Shown: piece by piece, positions 8,390 through 16,146 of the stretch
Layout: each line of letters opens with the position of its first letter
Numbering within the stretch: the stretch's first letter is position 1
Virus record (IMG/VR): IMGVR_UViG_3300045988_136451
Source of the DNA: a virus
Direction: 5' to 3' (one strand)
DNA: 64,000 nt
Notes under the pieces: model-generated
Told to the model about the DNA's origin: nothing
What the model saw: the letters and a program-made list of their open reading frames with translations, nothing else
Database searches by the model: none
Program-made: the position numbers and the translations under genes

Positions 8390-9091
8390 TCACCCTTCGC
8401 ATGCCCCTCCTATCTCCTCCAACGTCCTGCGCTTCATGTTGCCAAGCACCTCCTCCATGGCGACGAGCCGCCGCCAGCAGTCTGGCAGGTTCTCCTTGAT
8501 CGCGCGCAGTTCCTTCTGGTTCTTGTTCTTGCAGCACCAGCACGACACCCTGTCCAAGATGTCGTACAGGCGCACGCCGTCCTGCTCCCACTCATGGCCG
8601 TGGGCGTAGCACGCGGCGAGGCAGTCGGCCTCGCGCATGCCCCAGTCAGCGAGCGGGAAGCGCTTGTAGGGCTTGCGCTCCTTTTCGAGGCGCGCCGTCT
8701 CGTCTGCGGCTATGCCGACGTACACGGTCGCCCCCCCCAGCTCCCTCTCCGCATGGCGGTCTATCGCCCGCAGCTTCTCGGTCGTGCCCCAGCGGCACGG
8801 GCCGCCGCACCAGCCGTAGCCGTGCTTGTGGACTTCGCCGGTCTTCCGGCTTTTGACCGGGCGGCAGAACATGCTCCACCAGAACGGGTCTTTGGGGCGC
8901 AGCTCGACGTAGCGGATGCCGTTCTCGCGCAGCAGCGGCAGCATGCGGTCGCGCTCGGCGTAGATCGCGTCGAACTCCATGCCCGTGTCGTAGAAGACAA
9001 CCTCGTCGAGCGGCATGCCGCGCTCGATCAGGCCGTGCAGCATGGCGAGGCTGTCCTTGCCCCAGCTGACGCTTGCGATGCAGCGCTTCAT
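8390..9091 (-). CDS. PAPS reductase / PP-loop ATP pyrophosphatase family protein
   Basis: Start MKRCIASVSWGKDSLAML; SWGKDS is the PP-loop (SGGKDS) motif. Contains an in-frame G8 run (plus 8731-8738). Family assignment is by motif. Confidence 0.75.
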   Translation of the reverse strand: MKRCIASVSWGKDSLAMLHGLIERGMPLDEVVFYDTGMEFDAIYAERDRMLPLLRENGIRYVELRPKDPFWWSMFCRPVKSRKTGEVHKHGYGWCGGPCRWGTTEKLRAIDRHAERELGGATVYVGIAADETARLEKERKPYKRFPLADWGMREADCLAACYAHGHEWEQDGVRLYDILDRVSCWCCKNKNQKELRAIKENLPDCWRRLVAMEEVLGNMKRRTLEEIGGACEG

Positions 9092-9093
9092 GG

Positions 9094-9252
9094 CTACCCT
9101 TCCCTCTCGTCGGCGCGCCTGCGCCTCGCGGCCCTCTTGTCCTGCTCGGCCTTGCACTCCGGGCCGCAGTATTTCTGGTTGCGGGAGTTCTTCGCGAACG
9201 TCCTCCCGCACACCGGGCACGTCCCCGTGCCGCGCGCCTTCCAACCGGTCAT
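9094..9252 (-). CDS. small zinc-ribbon protein (CPVCG...CGPEC)
   Basis: 52 aa. ATGA overlap with the upstream gene. Confidence 0.45.
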   Translation of the reverse strand: MTGWKARGTGTCPVCGRTFAKNSRNQKYCGPECKAEQDKRAARRRRADEREG

Positions 9253-9632
9253 CCCTCGCTCCTCTCCCTCGGCATCCCTCCACGGTAAAGCCCCGCCTCC
9301 TTCAGTCGGCGCAGGGCGAGCCGCTGCCTCGCGTTGCACCGCCCTAGGGCGCAGTCGTTCCACACGGCCACGCACCGGGTCATCTCGCACAGAGCGTCCA
9401 TGCACCCGCAGGCGGGCAGCACGTCCCACGCCTGACCCTGCTCGACGAAGCCGCGCAGGCGCATCAGCTTGCGGACGAGCCATTCCTGATGCGACGGGAC
9501 GGCGTAGTGCGGCGTTCCTCCCTCGTCGATGCACACCTCCAAGTAGTTCACGAAGGTCGCCTTGTGCGTCTCGATGTCGAAGGGGGAGCGCAGCACGCGC
9601 TGCTGCTCCGACGCTCCGGGGAGGCTACTCAT
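9249..9632 (-). CDS. hypothetical protein
   Basis: 127-aa ORF, same strand, overlapping its neighbours by a few nt. Confidence 0.45.
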   Translation of the reverse strand: MSSLPGASEQQRVLRSPFDIETHKATFVNYLEVCIDEGGTPHYAVPSHQEWLVRKLMRLRGFVEQGQAWDVLPACGCMDALCEMTRCVAVWNDCALGRCNARQRLALRRLKEAGLYRGGMPRERSEG

Positions 9633-10051
9633 CGTCCGTCTCCGTGGTCATCCAGTCCTCGACGCTGCCAAGCTCGTCTGCGGCGCACAGGATGCGCGCG
9701 AAGGGGTACTCCGGCACCTCCATGTCGCCAGCCGCCTCCAAGCCGATCACGTCGTTCAGGAGGTCGTTCGCCTCCGTGACGGCGGCGCGCCAGTCCTTCT
9801 GCGCATCGACGCTCCCGTAGGTCGCCTCGAAGATGTCGGGCTTCACGGGGTACAGCTCCCCCTTGATGCCCTTCACGATGTAGTCGCCCTTGCGCGCCGT
9901 CATGCTCCCTTCGAGCGTGCGCACCTTCGCCTCGCCGTCCGGGGTCAGGCGCAGAACGCCGCTCTCGAACGCGACGTGCCCCCCACTCCGGGGTCGCCTC
10001 CTCGCCGTAGCGCCACGCCTCGATCTCCAACGGCTTCTTCCTGTACCTCAT
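9625..10051 (-). CDS. conserved small phage protein, interrupted by a frameshift at a G6 run
   Basis: ATG at 10051 sits 5 nt after a perfect AGGAGG and encodes MRYRKKPLEIEAWRYGEEATPEW. After a G6 run (plus ~9979-9984) the sensible continuation (GHVAFESGVLRLTPDGEAKVRTLEGSMTARKGDYIVKG..., the ORF 9625-9924) is in the -1 frame. G5 would give one ~140-aa protein. Confidence 0.45.
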
Positions 10052-10218
10052 CGCCCCTCCTCGTTTTCGCACTCGTCGCATCTGTCGCTCGTCGGCTCGT
10101 AGTCTCTTATCCCCAAGTCGAGCCAGTCGCGCAAGATGCGCAGCTTGCGCGTGTCGGGTTCCTCGGGGATGACGGCCTCGTAGCGGCCTCTCTCGTCTTC
10201 CAGCTCAATTCTCGGCAT
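10048..10218 (-). CDS. hypothetical small acidic protein
   Basis: 56 aa from MPRIELEDERG; RBS AGGAG 9 nt upstream. Confidence 0.4.
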   Translation of the reverse strand: MPRIELEDERGRYEAVIPEEPDTRKLRILRDWLDLGIRDYEPTSDRCDECENEEGR

Positions 10219-10231
10219 GTCGGCGCTCCTC

Positions 10232-10453
10232 TCAATCAGTCTCGTACCGCTTGATGTCCTCGCGCCAGCGCAGCTCGTCTCCGAACCCAACGCCCTCAAG
10301 CTCGCCCGTGGAGACCACGCGCCCCTCGTCGTCCAGAGGGTACAGCGCCGTGTTGCCGTCGAACAGCGACACGACGGCTATGCGGTGCTTCAGCGTGAGG
10401 GCGGTCAGGTCTTCGAGGAACGCCGCAGCGTCCCTCGCGTCAGTCGTCCCCAT
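10232..10453 (-). CDS. hypothetical protein
   Basis: 73-aa ORF. Confidence 0.4.
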   Translation of the reverse strand: MGTTDARDAAAFLEDLTALTLKHRIAVVSLFDGNTALYPLDDEGRVVSTGELEGVGFGDELRWREDIKRYETD

Positions 10454-10733
10454 CGCAGCCGCCCTTCGGCTCGTCGAGCGCGGCCTGCGCGTCGCGCAGA
10501 GCGTCGGCGACCATGCGCCCCATGCGCCTAGCCCAGCAGAACAGCAGGAAGGCGCACAGCACGAGGAACGAGGCGTAGCACAGGAAGCCCCATGCCGCCC
10601 CGAACATCACGCCAGCGCCTATGGAGCCTACCAGCCCCGCAGCTCCGAACAGCAGGCCTCCCAGCAGCCACGAGCAGCCGATCAGCGCGTCCTCGTCCTT
10701 CTCGCTCTTGTCCACGTCGAACTCCATCCTCAT
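10440..10733 (-). CDS. small membrane protein (two predicted TM helices)
   Basis: Hydrophobic segments LIGCSWLLGGLLFGAAGLVGSIGAGVMFGAAWGFLCYASFLVLCAFLLFCW. Confidence 0.45.
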   Translation of the reverse strand: MRMEFDVDKSEKDEDALIGCSWLLGGLLFGAAGLVGSIGAGVMFGAAWGFLCYASFLVLCAFLLFCWARRMGRMVADALRDAQAALDEPKGGCDGDD

Positions 10734-11122
10734 CGCTCGCCCTCCGGCTCCGTCGGCAGCTCAATCCACCTCTTGCAGTTCTCCACGTTCTGGTCGAACG
10801 ACAGCAGCACGTCGTCCCAGCCCTCCCCGTCGGGCGGAGGGCCGAAGCTGCAAGACACCCCGGTCTCGTGCCTCTCCCCCGTGATCGTCATGACGTAGGA
10901 CAGGCGCGGCTCCTCCGCCCCGTCGCGCTTCAGCACGTCGAAGGCGTACTCGATGCCTATGGGCGTTCCAAGCCTCGCCTCCTCGCGCACCTTGGCGCGC
11001 ATGCGCTCGACGACGGCCACGAACTCGTCCGGCACCCCCGCCTCGCGCATCTCCTTCTTCCACGCCCTCGGCCCCGGCTCAACGCCGGGGACGTACCGCT
11101 GCATGCTGACCGGCCCTTCCAT
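10730..11122 (-). CDS. hypothetical protein
   Basis: Trimmed to MEGPVSMQRY. TGATG overlap with the upstream stop. Confidence 0.4.
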   Translation of the reverse strand: MEGPVSMQRYVPGVEPGPRAWKKEMREAGVPDEFVAVVERMRAKVREEARLGTPIGIEYAFDVLKRDGAEEPRLSYVMTITGERHETGVSCSFGPPPDGEGWDDVLLSFDQNVENCKRWIELPTEPEGER

Positions 11123-11397
11123 CACAGCCCCTTCCTGTGCTCGTCGTCGAGGCGCGCGTACTCCCTGCGCTCCTTCTGCGTCGATGCGCGCAGGCACGCC
11201 TCGGCCTCCTCGTCCGACACGTCGAGGCCGATGCCGTCGGGCGTGCGGAGGACGATGCGGCGCAGCCCGTTCTTCAGCGTGTACTTCATGTAGACCTTGA
11301 CCGGCGTTCCCTCCGGCGTGACCACGGGCGCGCCGTCCTCCCCGTAGGTGGTCAGGTCGCAGTCGAGGGCGTAGACGCTCCCCATGCGCTTAGTCAT
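11122..11397 (-). CDS. hypothetical protein
   Basis: Trimmed to MTKRMGSVYALDCDL. Confidence 0.4.
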   Translation of the reverse strand: MTKRMGSVYALDCDLTTYGEDGAPVVTPEGTPVKVYMKYTLKNGLRRIVLRTPDGIGLDVSDEEAEACLRASTQKERREYARLDDEHRKGL

Positions 11398-11884
11398 CGG
11401 CCCCTCCGATCTCCGCGTAGCAGCCGGGCCGCCAGCGCTCGCCCTCCACGTCCTCGGGCAGCGGCGCAACGGGGCGGATGTGCCCGTGCGAGACGTGCAG
11501 CATGTCGCAGCGGTTGCCCAGCGGCTTCAGCTCCTCCATGGCGCGAAGGGCGCGCCGCACGGTCTCCGGCAGCTTGCGCGCGTCGTCGCGCACGCCGACC
11601 GAGATGCGCAGGGAGCGACCATCGAACGGTATGCCCTCGTACGGGCCGACGGCACCGCCGCATGACAGCTGCGCGCAGAACTCGACCGTCGTGCGCATCT
11701 CCTCGCCCTCGATCTCCCCGGACGTGCTGCCGTAAAGAAGGTAGCCGCCGATCTTGCCGTTGCCCTTCGCCTCGCGCAGCATGTTCGAGCAGCGGCGCAC
11801 GGCATCGACGCTCTCGTCGTCGTCGATGCCGAACGCCTCCAAGAAGCGCTTGGCCTCCTTCAGCTCCTTGCCGTTGCCTCTCAC
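11390..11884 (-). CDS. hypothetical protein
   Basis: The track ORF (to 12085) runs through a promoter. A GTG at 11884 is preceded by RBS AAAGGAG and palindromic motif 11900-11915. Confidence 0.4.
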   Translation of the reverse strand: MRGNGKELKEAKRFLEAFGIDDDESVDAVRRCSNMLREAKGNGKIGGYLLYGSTSGEIEGEEMRTTVEFCAQLSCGGAVGPYEGIPFDGRSLRISVGVRDDARKLPETVRRALRAMEELKPLGNRCDMLHVSHGHIRPVAPLPEDVEGERWRPGCYAEIGGADD

Positions 11885-11899
11885 TCGCCGTCTCCTTTC

Positions 11900-11915
11900 T
11901 CGATTAAATAATCGG
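11900..11915 (-). promoter_or_regulatory. AT-rich palindromic motif upstream of gene 11390-11884
   Basis: CCGATTATTTAATCGA-GAAAGGAGACGGCGA-GTG. Confidence 0.55.
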
Positions 11916-12075
11916 GCCGTCGTGCTCGCCTTCGTCGGCCACAAGGCACTTGTCGTCCCCCGTCGGCGACGTAGACGAGGAACATGGCGCTCGCGCGCAA
12001 TACCTCCTTCTCGTCCCCGTCGCCCATGCCCGTGATGCTGATCTCCAAAACGGTCTCCTTCCGCTCGGTTTCGCG

Positions 12076-12128
12076 ATACGGTCATCTTACCACAAGTCTT
12101 ACACTTTTGTCTTAACTTTTTCTTTTAC
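12076..12128 (-). promoter_or_regulatory. promoter cassette copy 3 (CTTGTGGTAAGAT)
   Basis: Minus strand AAAAAGTTAAGACAAAAGTGTAAGACTTGTGGTAAGATG. The GT(T/G)TAAGA(C/T) element recurs three times at ~11-nt phasing. Confidence 0.55.
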
Positions 12129-12129
12129 A

Positions 12130-12311
12130 AACAGCGGAGGGCGCTCCCGTCCGACGGCTGAAGGGCTTCCGGCCTTTACGCGAGTTCGCCATCTGCGCTC
12201 CGATGTCGAGCGAGCCGTCACCGGCAAGGTAGCCATCGCTTTCCAGCGCCGCGTCTTGACCGCATGGGGATACGGGCGCGTGCGCGTCGCAGCCGTCGGA
12301 GAGGAGCGCCC
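12130..12311 (-). ncRNA. candidate structured non-coding RNA (no convincing ORF) flanked by 24-nt inverted repeats
   Basis: ~180-nt gap between gene 12320-12727 and promoter 12084-12125. Arms plus 12137-12160 and 12290-12313 are reverse complements (22 of 24). On the minus strand the right arm is followed by CGCUGUUUGU. The palindromic motif 12312-12327 sits at its 5' side. Confidence 0.25.
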
Positions 12312-12327
12312 TCGATTATTTAATCGG
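12312..12327 (-). promoter_or_regulatory. AT-rich palindromic motif overlapping stop of 12320-12727, upstream of the candidate ncRNA
   Basis: CCGATTAAATAATCGA, with the TAA stop inside the motif. Confidence 0.5.
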
Positions 12328-12727
12328 CGTTCGGGCGCTTCGCCACGGCAAGCGACAGAGCGTCCTCCAACAGCCCCAGCGGCGACCTCCCCGGCCAGCG
12401 CTCCGCAACCTTGTCGAGGTTGACAAGGGCCTCCATCACGATGCCGTCGGTCGTGACTATCGCCTGCTGCTGCACGACGGGCTGGCCGTCCTCGCCGACC
12501 TCGCCCGTCGGGTTCGCCCGCTGGATGCTCTGCACCGTCATGCGGTCGCCTCTGCCCGACAGCGCGCGCCACGCCCCGTCGAACGCCTCGGCGGGCGCGG
12601 TGAGCGACAGCCCGCAACCGACGCACGCGATGCGCGCGAGCGCGTCTCCCCGCACGGAGCGCCCCCAGTCCGTCGCGTCCGTCATGTCCAGCTTCCCGCC
12701 GCACAGCGGGCACCTGCTCTCCTCCAT
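12320..12727 (-). CDS. zinc-ribbon protein (CPLCGG...CVGCG)
   Basis: 135-aa ORF. Its TAA stop lies inside palindromic motif 12312-12327. Confidence 0.45.
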   Translation of the reverse strand: MEESRCPLCGGKLDMTDATDWGRSVRGDALARIACVGCGLSLTAPAEAFDGAWRALSGRGDRMTVQSIQRANPTGEVGEDGQPVVQQQAIVTTDGIVMEALVNLDKVAERWPGRSPLGLLEDALSLAVAKRPNAD

Positions 12728-12742
12728 CGTCGGTCTCCTCTC

Positions 12743-13141
12743 CTAGTAGTCGTCCCTGACCGCCGCGCAGGCCTTGCCGACCTTCAGCGCGACCTCCACG
12801 GCGCTTCCGCCCGCCTCCTTCTCCGCAGCCTCCGCGCGCATCGAGCGCGCCCACGCCAGCATGTCGGCGCAGAACTCCGCGCACCGCGCGTCGTCGAACG
12901 GCAGCGGCAGGTCGCGGCTGAAGCTGTGGCGGCGCGGCACCGGGTTGGGCAGCCTCACCGACGCTTCCTTCTCCGACACCTCGACGAAGCCCTTGCGCAG
13001 GCCCGTCTCCCTCGCCGCCTCGCACGCCTTCATCGCCACGTGCGCCAGAGACGGGCTTCCCGCCTCCATGGCCGCCTCGTACGCGTCGAACGGCTTGTCC
13101 TTCCGCTCGAACTCCATCCTTATGGCCCGCGTCACCTTCAT
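12743..13141 (-). CDS. hypothetical protein
   Basis: 132-aa ORF. Confidence 0.45.
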   Translation of the reverse strand: MKVTRAIRMEFERKDKPFDAYEAAMEAGSPSLAHVAMKACEAARETGLRKGFVEVSEKEASVRLPNPVPRRHSFSRDLPLPFDDARCAEFCADMLAWARSMRAEAAEKEAGGSAVEVALKVGKACAAVRDDY

Positions 13142-13237
13142 GGCAGCGCCTCCTTCCCACCGGCTGCTGCCGGTAAGCCTGTCTCCGAAACCCCGTTTTC
13201 AGGTCTCGACTGCTAATGTGTTTGCCTTAGCGTCCGA

Positions 13238-13636
13238 TCATGCTCCCGTTTCTGCCGATCTATCGACAGGACAGGGCACGTCGCGCCCGTCGGCGCGGAA
13301 GGGCCGCCAGACCCCTGCGGCGCGCCTCCACTCGCAGTCGGCAAGCTCCTTCGGAACGTCGTCCCACTGCCGCCAGTCGTCCGGGTCGTGGCGCGCCCAG
13401 AACTCCGACAGGTCGTAGTCCGCGCCCTCCGGGAGGTAGGGGAGCATGGGCGCTGGCCCTAAGTACTCCCCTACCAGCCTCACGGCGCGCTGGCACATGT
13501 CCGCCGCTCCCTTGGCGTAGGCCGCCCGCACCTCGTCGCGCGTCTCGTGGTACTGCTCCCGCTGGCGCATGAGGTGGTACTGAACCGTCATCGCGTCGCG
13601 CACCGTCGCCGCCGTCTGCCTCTGCTTCTTTCCCAT
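13238..13636 (-). CDS. hypothetical protein
   Basis: 132-aa ORF. Confidence 0.45.
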   Translation of the reverse strand: MGKKQRQTAATVRDAMTVQYHLMRQREQYHETRDEVRAAYAKGAADMCQRAVRLVGEYLGPAPMLPYLPEGADYDLSEFWARHDPDDWRQWDDVPKELADCEWRRAAGVWRPFRADGRDVPCPVDRSAETGA

Positions 13637-13648
13637 CGTCGTTTCCCT

Positions 13649-14092
13649 TCACCATCGTATTCCGTGCGCCGCGCGGCGCTTCAGCTCGCCCTCGAACACC
13701 GCTTTCAACGCTTCATGCCATGTGCCGAACGACGCGTACCATCCTCCGATGTGCTCCGACGGCGGCTCCTTCGGCAGCTCCATGATCTCGCCCAGCAGCC
13801 AATCGGAGGACGGGAGCCTTTTGAGCAGGTCGAGTATCGTCGAGCGGCCCATCATGGTCACGGGCTGGTAGCCGCCCTTCCATACCTCCCATTCCGACAC
13901 CCCTCCGTCGCGCCTGAAGAACCGGTCGAAGCGCTCCTTCGTTCCGGGGCTTCCGCGCCGTCGGCGAGCATGCGGCAGTCCGTGCGCCGGTCGATTGCCG
14001 GAGTTGGTGCGAACGCCGAGCGACGCTATGCGGTCGAGCACGCGTTCGTCGCGGTCGATCATGTCGTCGATGAAGTCGTCTGCCGCGCTCAC
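13649..14092 (-). CDS. hypothetical protein
   Basis: 147-aa ORF. Confidence 0.45.
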   Translation of the reverse strand: MSAADDFIDDMIDRDERVLDRIASLGVRTNSGNRPAHGLPHARRRRGSPGTKERFDRFFRRDGGVSEWEVWKGGYQPVTMMGRSTILDLLKRLPSSDWLLGEIMELPKEPPSEHIGGWYASFGTWHEALKAVFEGELKRRAAHGIRW

Positions 14093-14104
14093 GTCTGCCC
14101 CTCC

Positions 14105-14290
14105 CTACTCGAACGCAGCGTCGCGGGAAGCGTCAACCATGTCGTCGTAGTGCATGGCCTCGCGCTCCTCGAACCGCTCCCAGTACGCGCTCGCCTCGGC
14201 CTCGTACTCCTCGTAGGTGTCGAAGTCCTCCGGGTCTGGCTGGTTCTCCTCTGCCCTCATGCGGGCGTAGGCTGCTGTGAGGTTCGCCAT
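14105..14290 (-). CDS. small acidic hypothetical protein
   Basis: 61 aa. ATG preceded by RBS AAGGAG and palindromic motif 14306-14321. Confidence 0.35.
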   Translation of the reverse strand: MANLTAAYARMRAEENQPDPEDFDTYEEYEAEASAYWERFEEREAMHYDDMVDASRDAAFE

Positions 14291-14305
14291 TGTCTCTGCT
14301 CCTTC

Positions 14306-14321
14306 TCGATTATTTTATCGA
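14306..14321 (-). promoter_or_regulatory. AT-rich palindromic motif (TCGATAAAATAATCGA) upstream of gene 14105-14290
   Basis: TCGATAAAATAATCGA-GAAGGAGCAGAGACA-ATG. Confidence 0.55.
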
Positions 14322-14383
14322 CTGGGAACAGACTATCACAAATATGCTATTGTTAAAAGAAGAATTAAGAAAAAAACTAAGAT

Positions 14384-14746
14384 TTATAGATTCTGCACGG
14401 CTTCGTGCATGGCCCGCTCCATGTCGGAAGGCCCCCATACGACGAGCTGCCCCGCGCCGTCTAGGAACAAGACGGCCTCTTGGCAGCGGTCGGGAAGATG
14501 CTCCATGAGGCGCTGCACGGCCTGCCATCCTCCGCGCGCGAGCGCGTCGCGCACGGCCATGTCTATGTCTCGCTGCTCTAGCACGCCGTCTATCAGGTGG
14601 TCTAGCCCTTCGTGCTTCAGCGCCTCCCACATGCCGAACGCGTCGCCCTCCTCCTCGGCGATTCTCTCGACAAGGAGCGCCGCCGCACGGCGCTCCTCTG
14701 CGGCGCGCATGTTGTTCCTCTGCACGTGCGTCAGCCCCGCAGCCAT
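14384..14746 (-). CDS. hypothetical protein
   Basis: 120 aa. A terminator hairpin overlaps the last codons (14394-14409) and is followed by a T7 run. Confidence 0.45.
   Translation of the reverse strand: MAAGLTHVQRNNMRAAEERRAAALLVERIAEEEGDAFGMWEALKHEGLDHLIDGVLEQRDIDMAVRDALARGGWQAVQRLMEHLPDRCQEAVLFLDGAGQLVVWGPSDMERAMHEAVQNL
14394..14409 (-). terminator. hairpin (TGCACG-AAGC-CGTGCA) overlapping the last codons of gene 14384-14746, followed by a T7 run
   Basis: 6-bp stem. Downstream minus strand reads AATCTATAAATCTTAGTTTTTTTC. Confidence 0.4.
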
Positions 14747-14833
14747 GCCGCGCCTCCTCGTTCGGAAGCGCCCATGGCGCGGGGCTGCTTGTAAGACAAG
14801 AGTGAAGAAATTGAGTGCGTCATTGTAAGAGCC

Positions 14834-15055
14834 TTACTTGTCGGGGTATCCCATGCCGTCGGGGTAGAACACCTTGCACATGTTGCCGGTGCCGGTCACC
14901 TCGACCGGGTGGTTCCTCTCCTCGACGATCTCGCGGGCGCGCTCGAAGGCCGCCTCCCAGCCGTCGAACTCCCCTCCTTCGCCGAAGGGCGGGAAGCCGA
15001 TCTCCTGCGCGATCTGGATGAAGCCCTTGGGGTAGTGGAACGATGCGAACACCAT
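14834..15055 (-). CDS. hypothetical protein
   Basis: 73-aa ORF. Confidence 0.35.
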   Translation of the reverse strand: MVFASFHYPKGFIQIAQEIGFPPFGEGGEFDGWEAAFERAREIVEERNHPVEVTGTGNMCKVFYPDGMGYPDK

Positions 15056-15068
15056 TGTCCGTTCGCGG

Positions 15069-15391
15069 CTAGGCCATGGCCTTCGCCGCTTCCCCCTTCC
15101 CGGCCTTCGGAAGCGTCACCAGAGCCAGCGCCTCGTCCTGCCGGATGCTCACCTTCACGTCGATGCCCAGAGCCTCGGCTGCGGCGTTCAGGCGGTACCG
15201 GAAGGTGTGCCAGTTCTCGCGCTCCTTGTCGTCGGCCATGGGAATCTTCACGGCCTCCGCGCCCTGCTTCATCGCGATCTGGTACGCCTCTATGATCTTC
15301 AGAACGCGCTCGCTGCGCTTCTTGCCGCGCCCGTCCCCTTTGTTGACGCACTCCTCCTTGTCAAAGACAAGCTCAAAATCAGCAGCAGTCA
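15069..15391 (-). CDS. hypothetical protein
   Basis: Trimmed to MTAADFELVFDK. RBS GGAGGA 6 nt upstream. Promoter TTTACA-17-TGGTATGCT lies at 15450-15478. Confidence 0.45.
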
Positions 15392-15449
15392 TCTTATTCC
15401 TCCATCGTTTCCGTCTTCCGCTGTTTTCACAAGGTGGATTGCCTTTGAC

Positions 15450-15505
15450 AGCATACCACTTCCCCGCCCGAATGTAAAATAAGAAATTAAGAGAACAGTT
15501 AAGAC
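15450..15505 (-). promoter_or_regulatory. sigma70-type promoter TTTACA-17-TGGTATGCT with upstream TTAAGA repeats
   Basis: Minus strand GTCTTAACTGTTCTCTTAATTTCTTATTTTACATTCGGGCGGGGAAGTGGTATGCT, upstream of gene 15069-15391. Confidence 0.55.
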
Positions 15506-16146
15506 TTCCGTTCCGCCATCCGTTCCAGCTCGGCCATGCGCATGCGCCGGTCGTAGATGCGCTCGACGCGCCGCACCATAGCGTCCATCCTGTCCACCAA
15601 GTCCTTTGCCTTCTTCCAGTAGTGCGAGCAGAACTGCGCGCGCCAGCGCTCCCTCTGCGCCATGAGCGTCGCCGTGGCGGCCCTCGCGTCCACCGTGCCG
15701 GAAAGCGGCTCGTTGTACGCCTTGCTGTACACCTCGTTGTAGAACATGGTGGCGTAGGCGGCCTCGGCCTGCGCGTTGATCGACTGCTGGCTGTCGAACA
15801 CGATGTACTGCGTCGCCGCAAGCACGAACTCCTCCATGTCCTTCAGCGTGAGCTGCGTCCAGTCCTCGACGTAGCTGCCGTTCGCGTTGCGCGCGTACCC
15901 TCCGCCCGCCGCGACGGGGAGGCGCTGGCGCACCTTGGAGATGAACTGCGCCTCGATCTCGAACAGCTGGGCGTACTCGCTCGCCAGCCTCTCGTCCGCC
16001 GCCTTCAGCAGCATGTCCATCATGCGCCTGTCCTCCGGCTCGAACTTCAAGACGGAATCGAGCGGCATTGATGCCATCCCCGTCTCGTCGAGCCTCGGCT
16101 TCTCGTCCACGATCTCATCGATGGGCGGCGCTTCCCTCTCCGTCAT
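15499..16146 (-). CDS. hypothetical protein
   Basis: Trimmed to MTEREAPPIDEIV (RBS AAGGAGG). ATGA overlap with recU. Confidence 0.45.
   Translation of the reverse strand: MTEREAPPIDEIVDEKPRLDETGMASMPLDSVLKFEPEDRRMMDMLLKAADERLASEYAQLFEIEAQFISKVRQRLPVAAGGGYARNANGSYVEDWTQLTLKDMEEFVLAATQYIVFDSQQSINAQAEAAYATMFYNEVYSKAYNEPLSGTVDARAATATLMAQRERWRAQFCSHYWKKAKDLVDRMDAMVRRVERIYDRRMRMAELERMAERKS

Noticed and set aside
11885-12085. N-terminal extension of ORF 11390-12085, and likewise of 3056-3292
   Set aside because: Both extensions are translated through the TGGTAAGAT promoter and the palindromic operator. Downstream GTG codons with strong RBSs give sensible small proteins.
12099-13160. 353-aa minus-strand ORF spanning 12099-13160
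   Set aside because: Gly/Arg-rich junk overlapping two well-formed genes (12320-12727, 12743-13141) and the promoter/ncRNA region.
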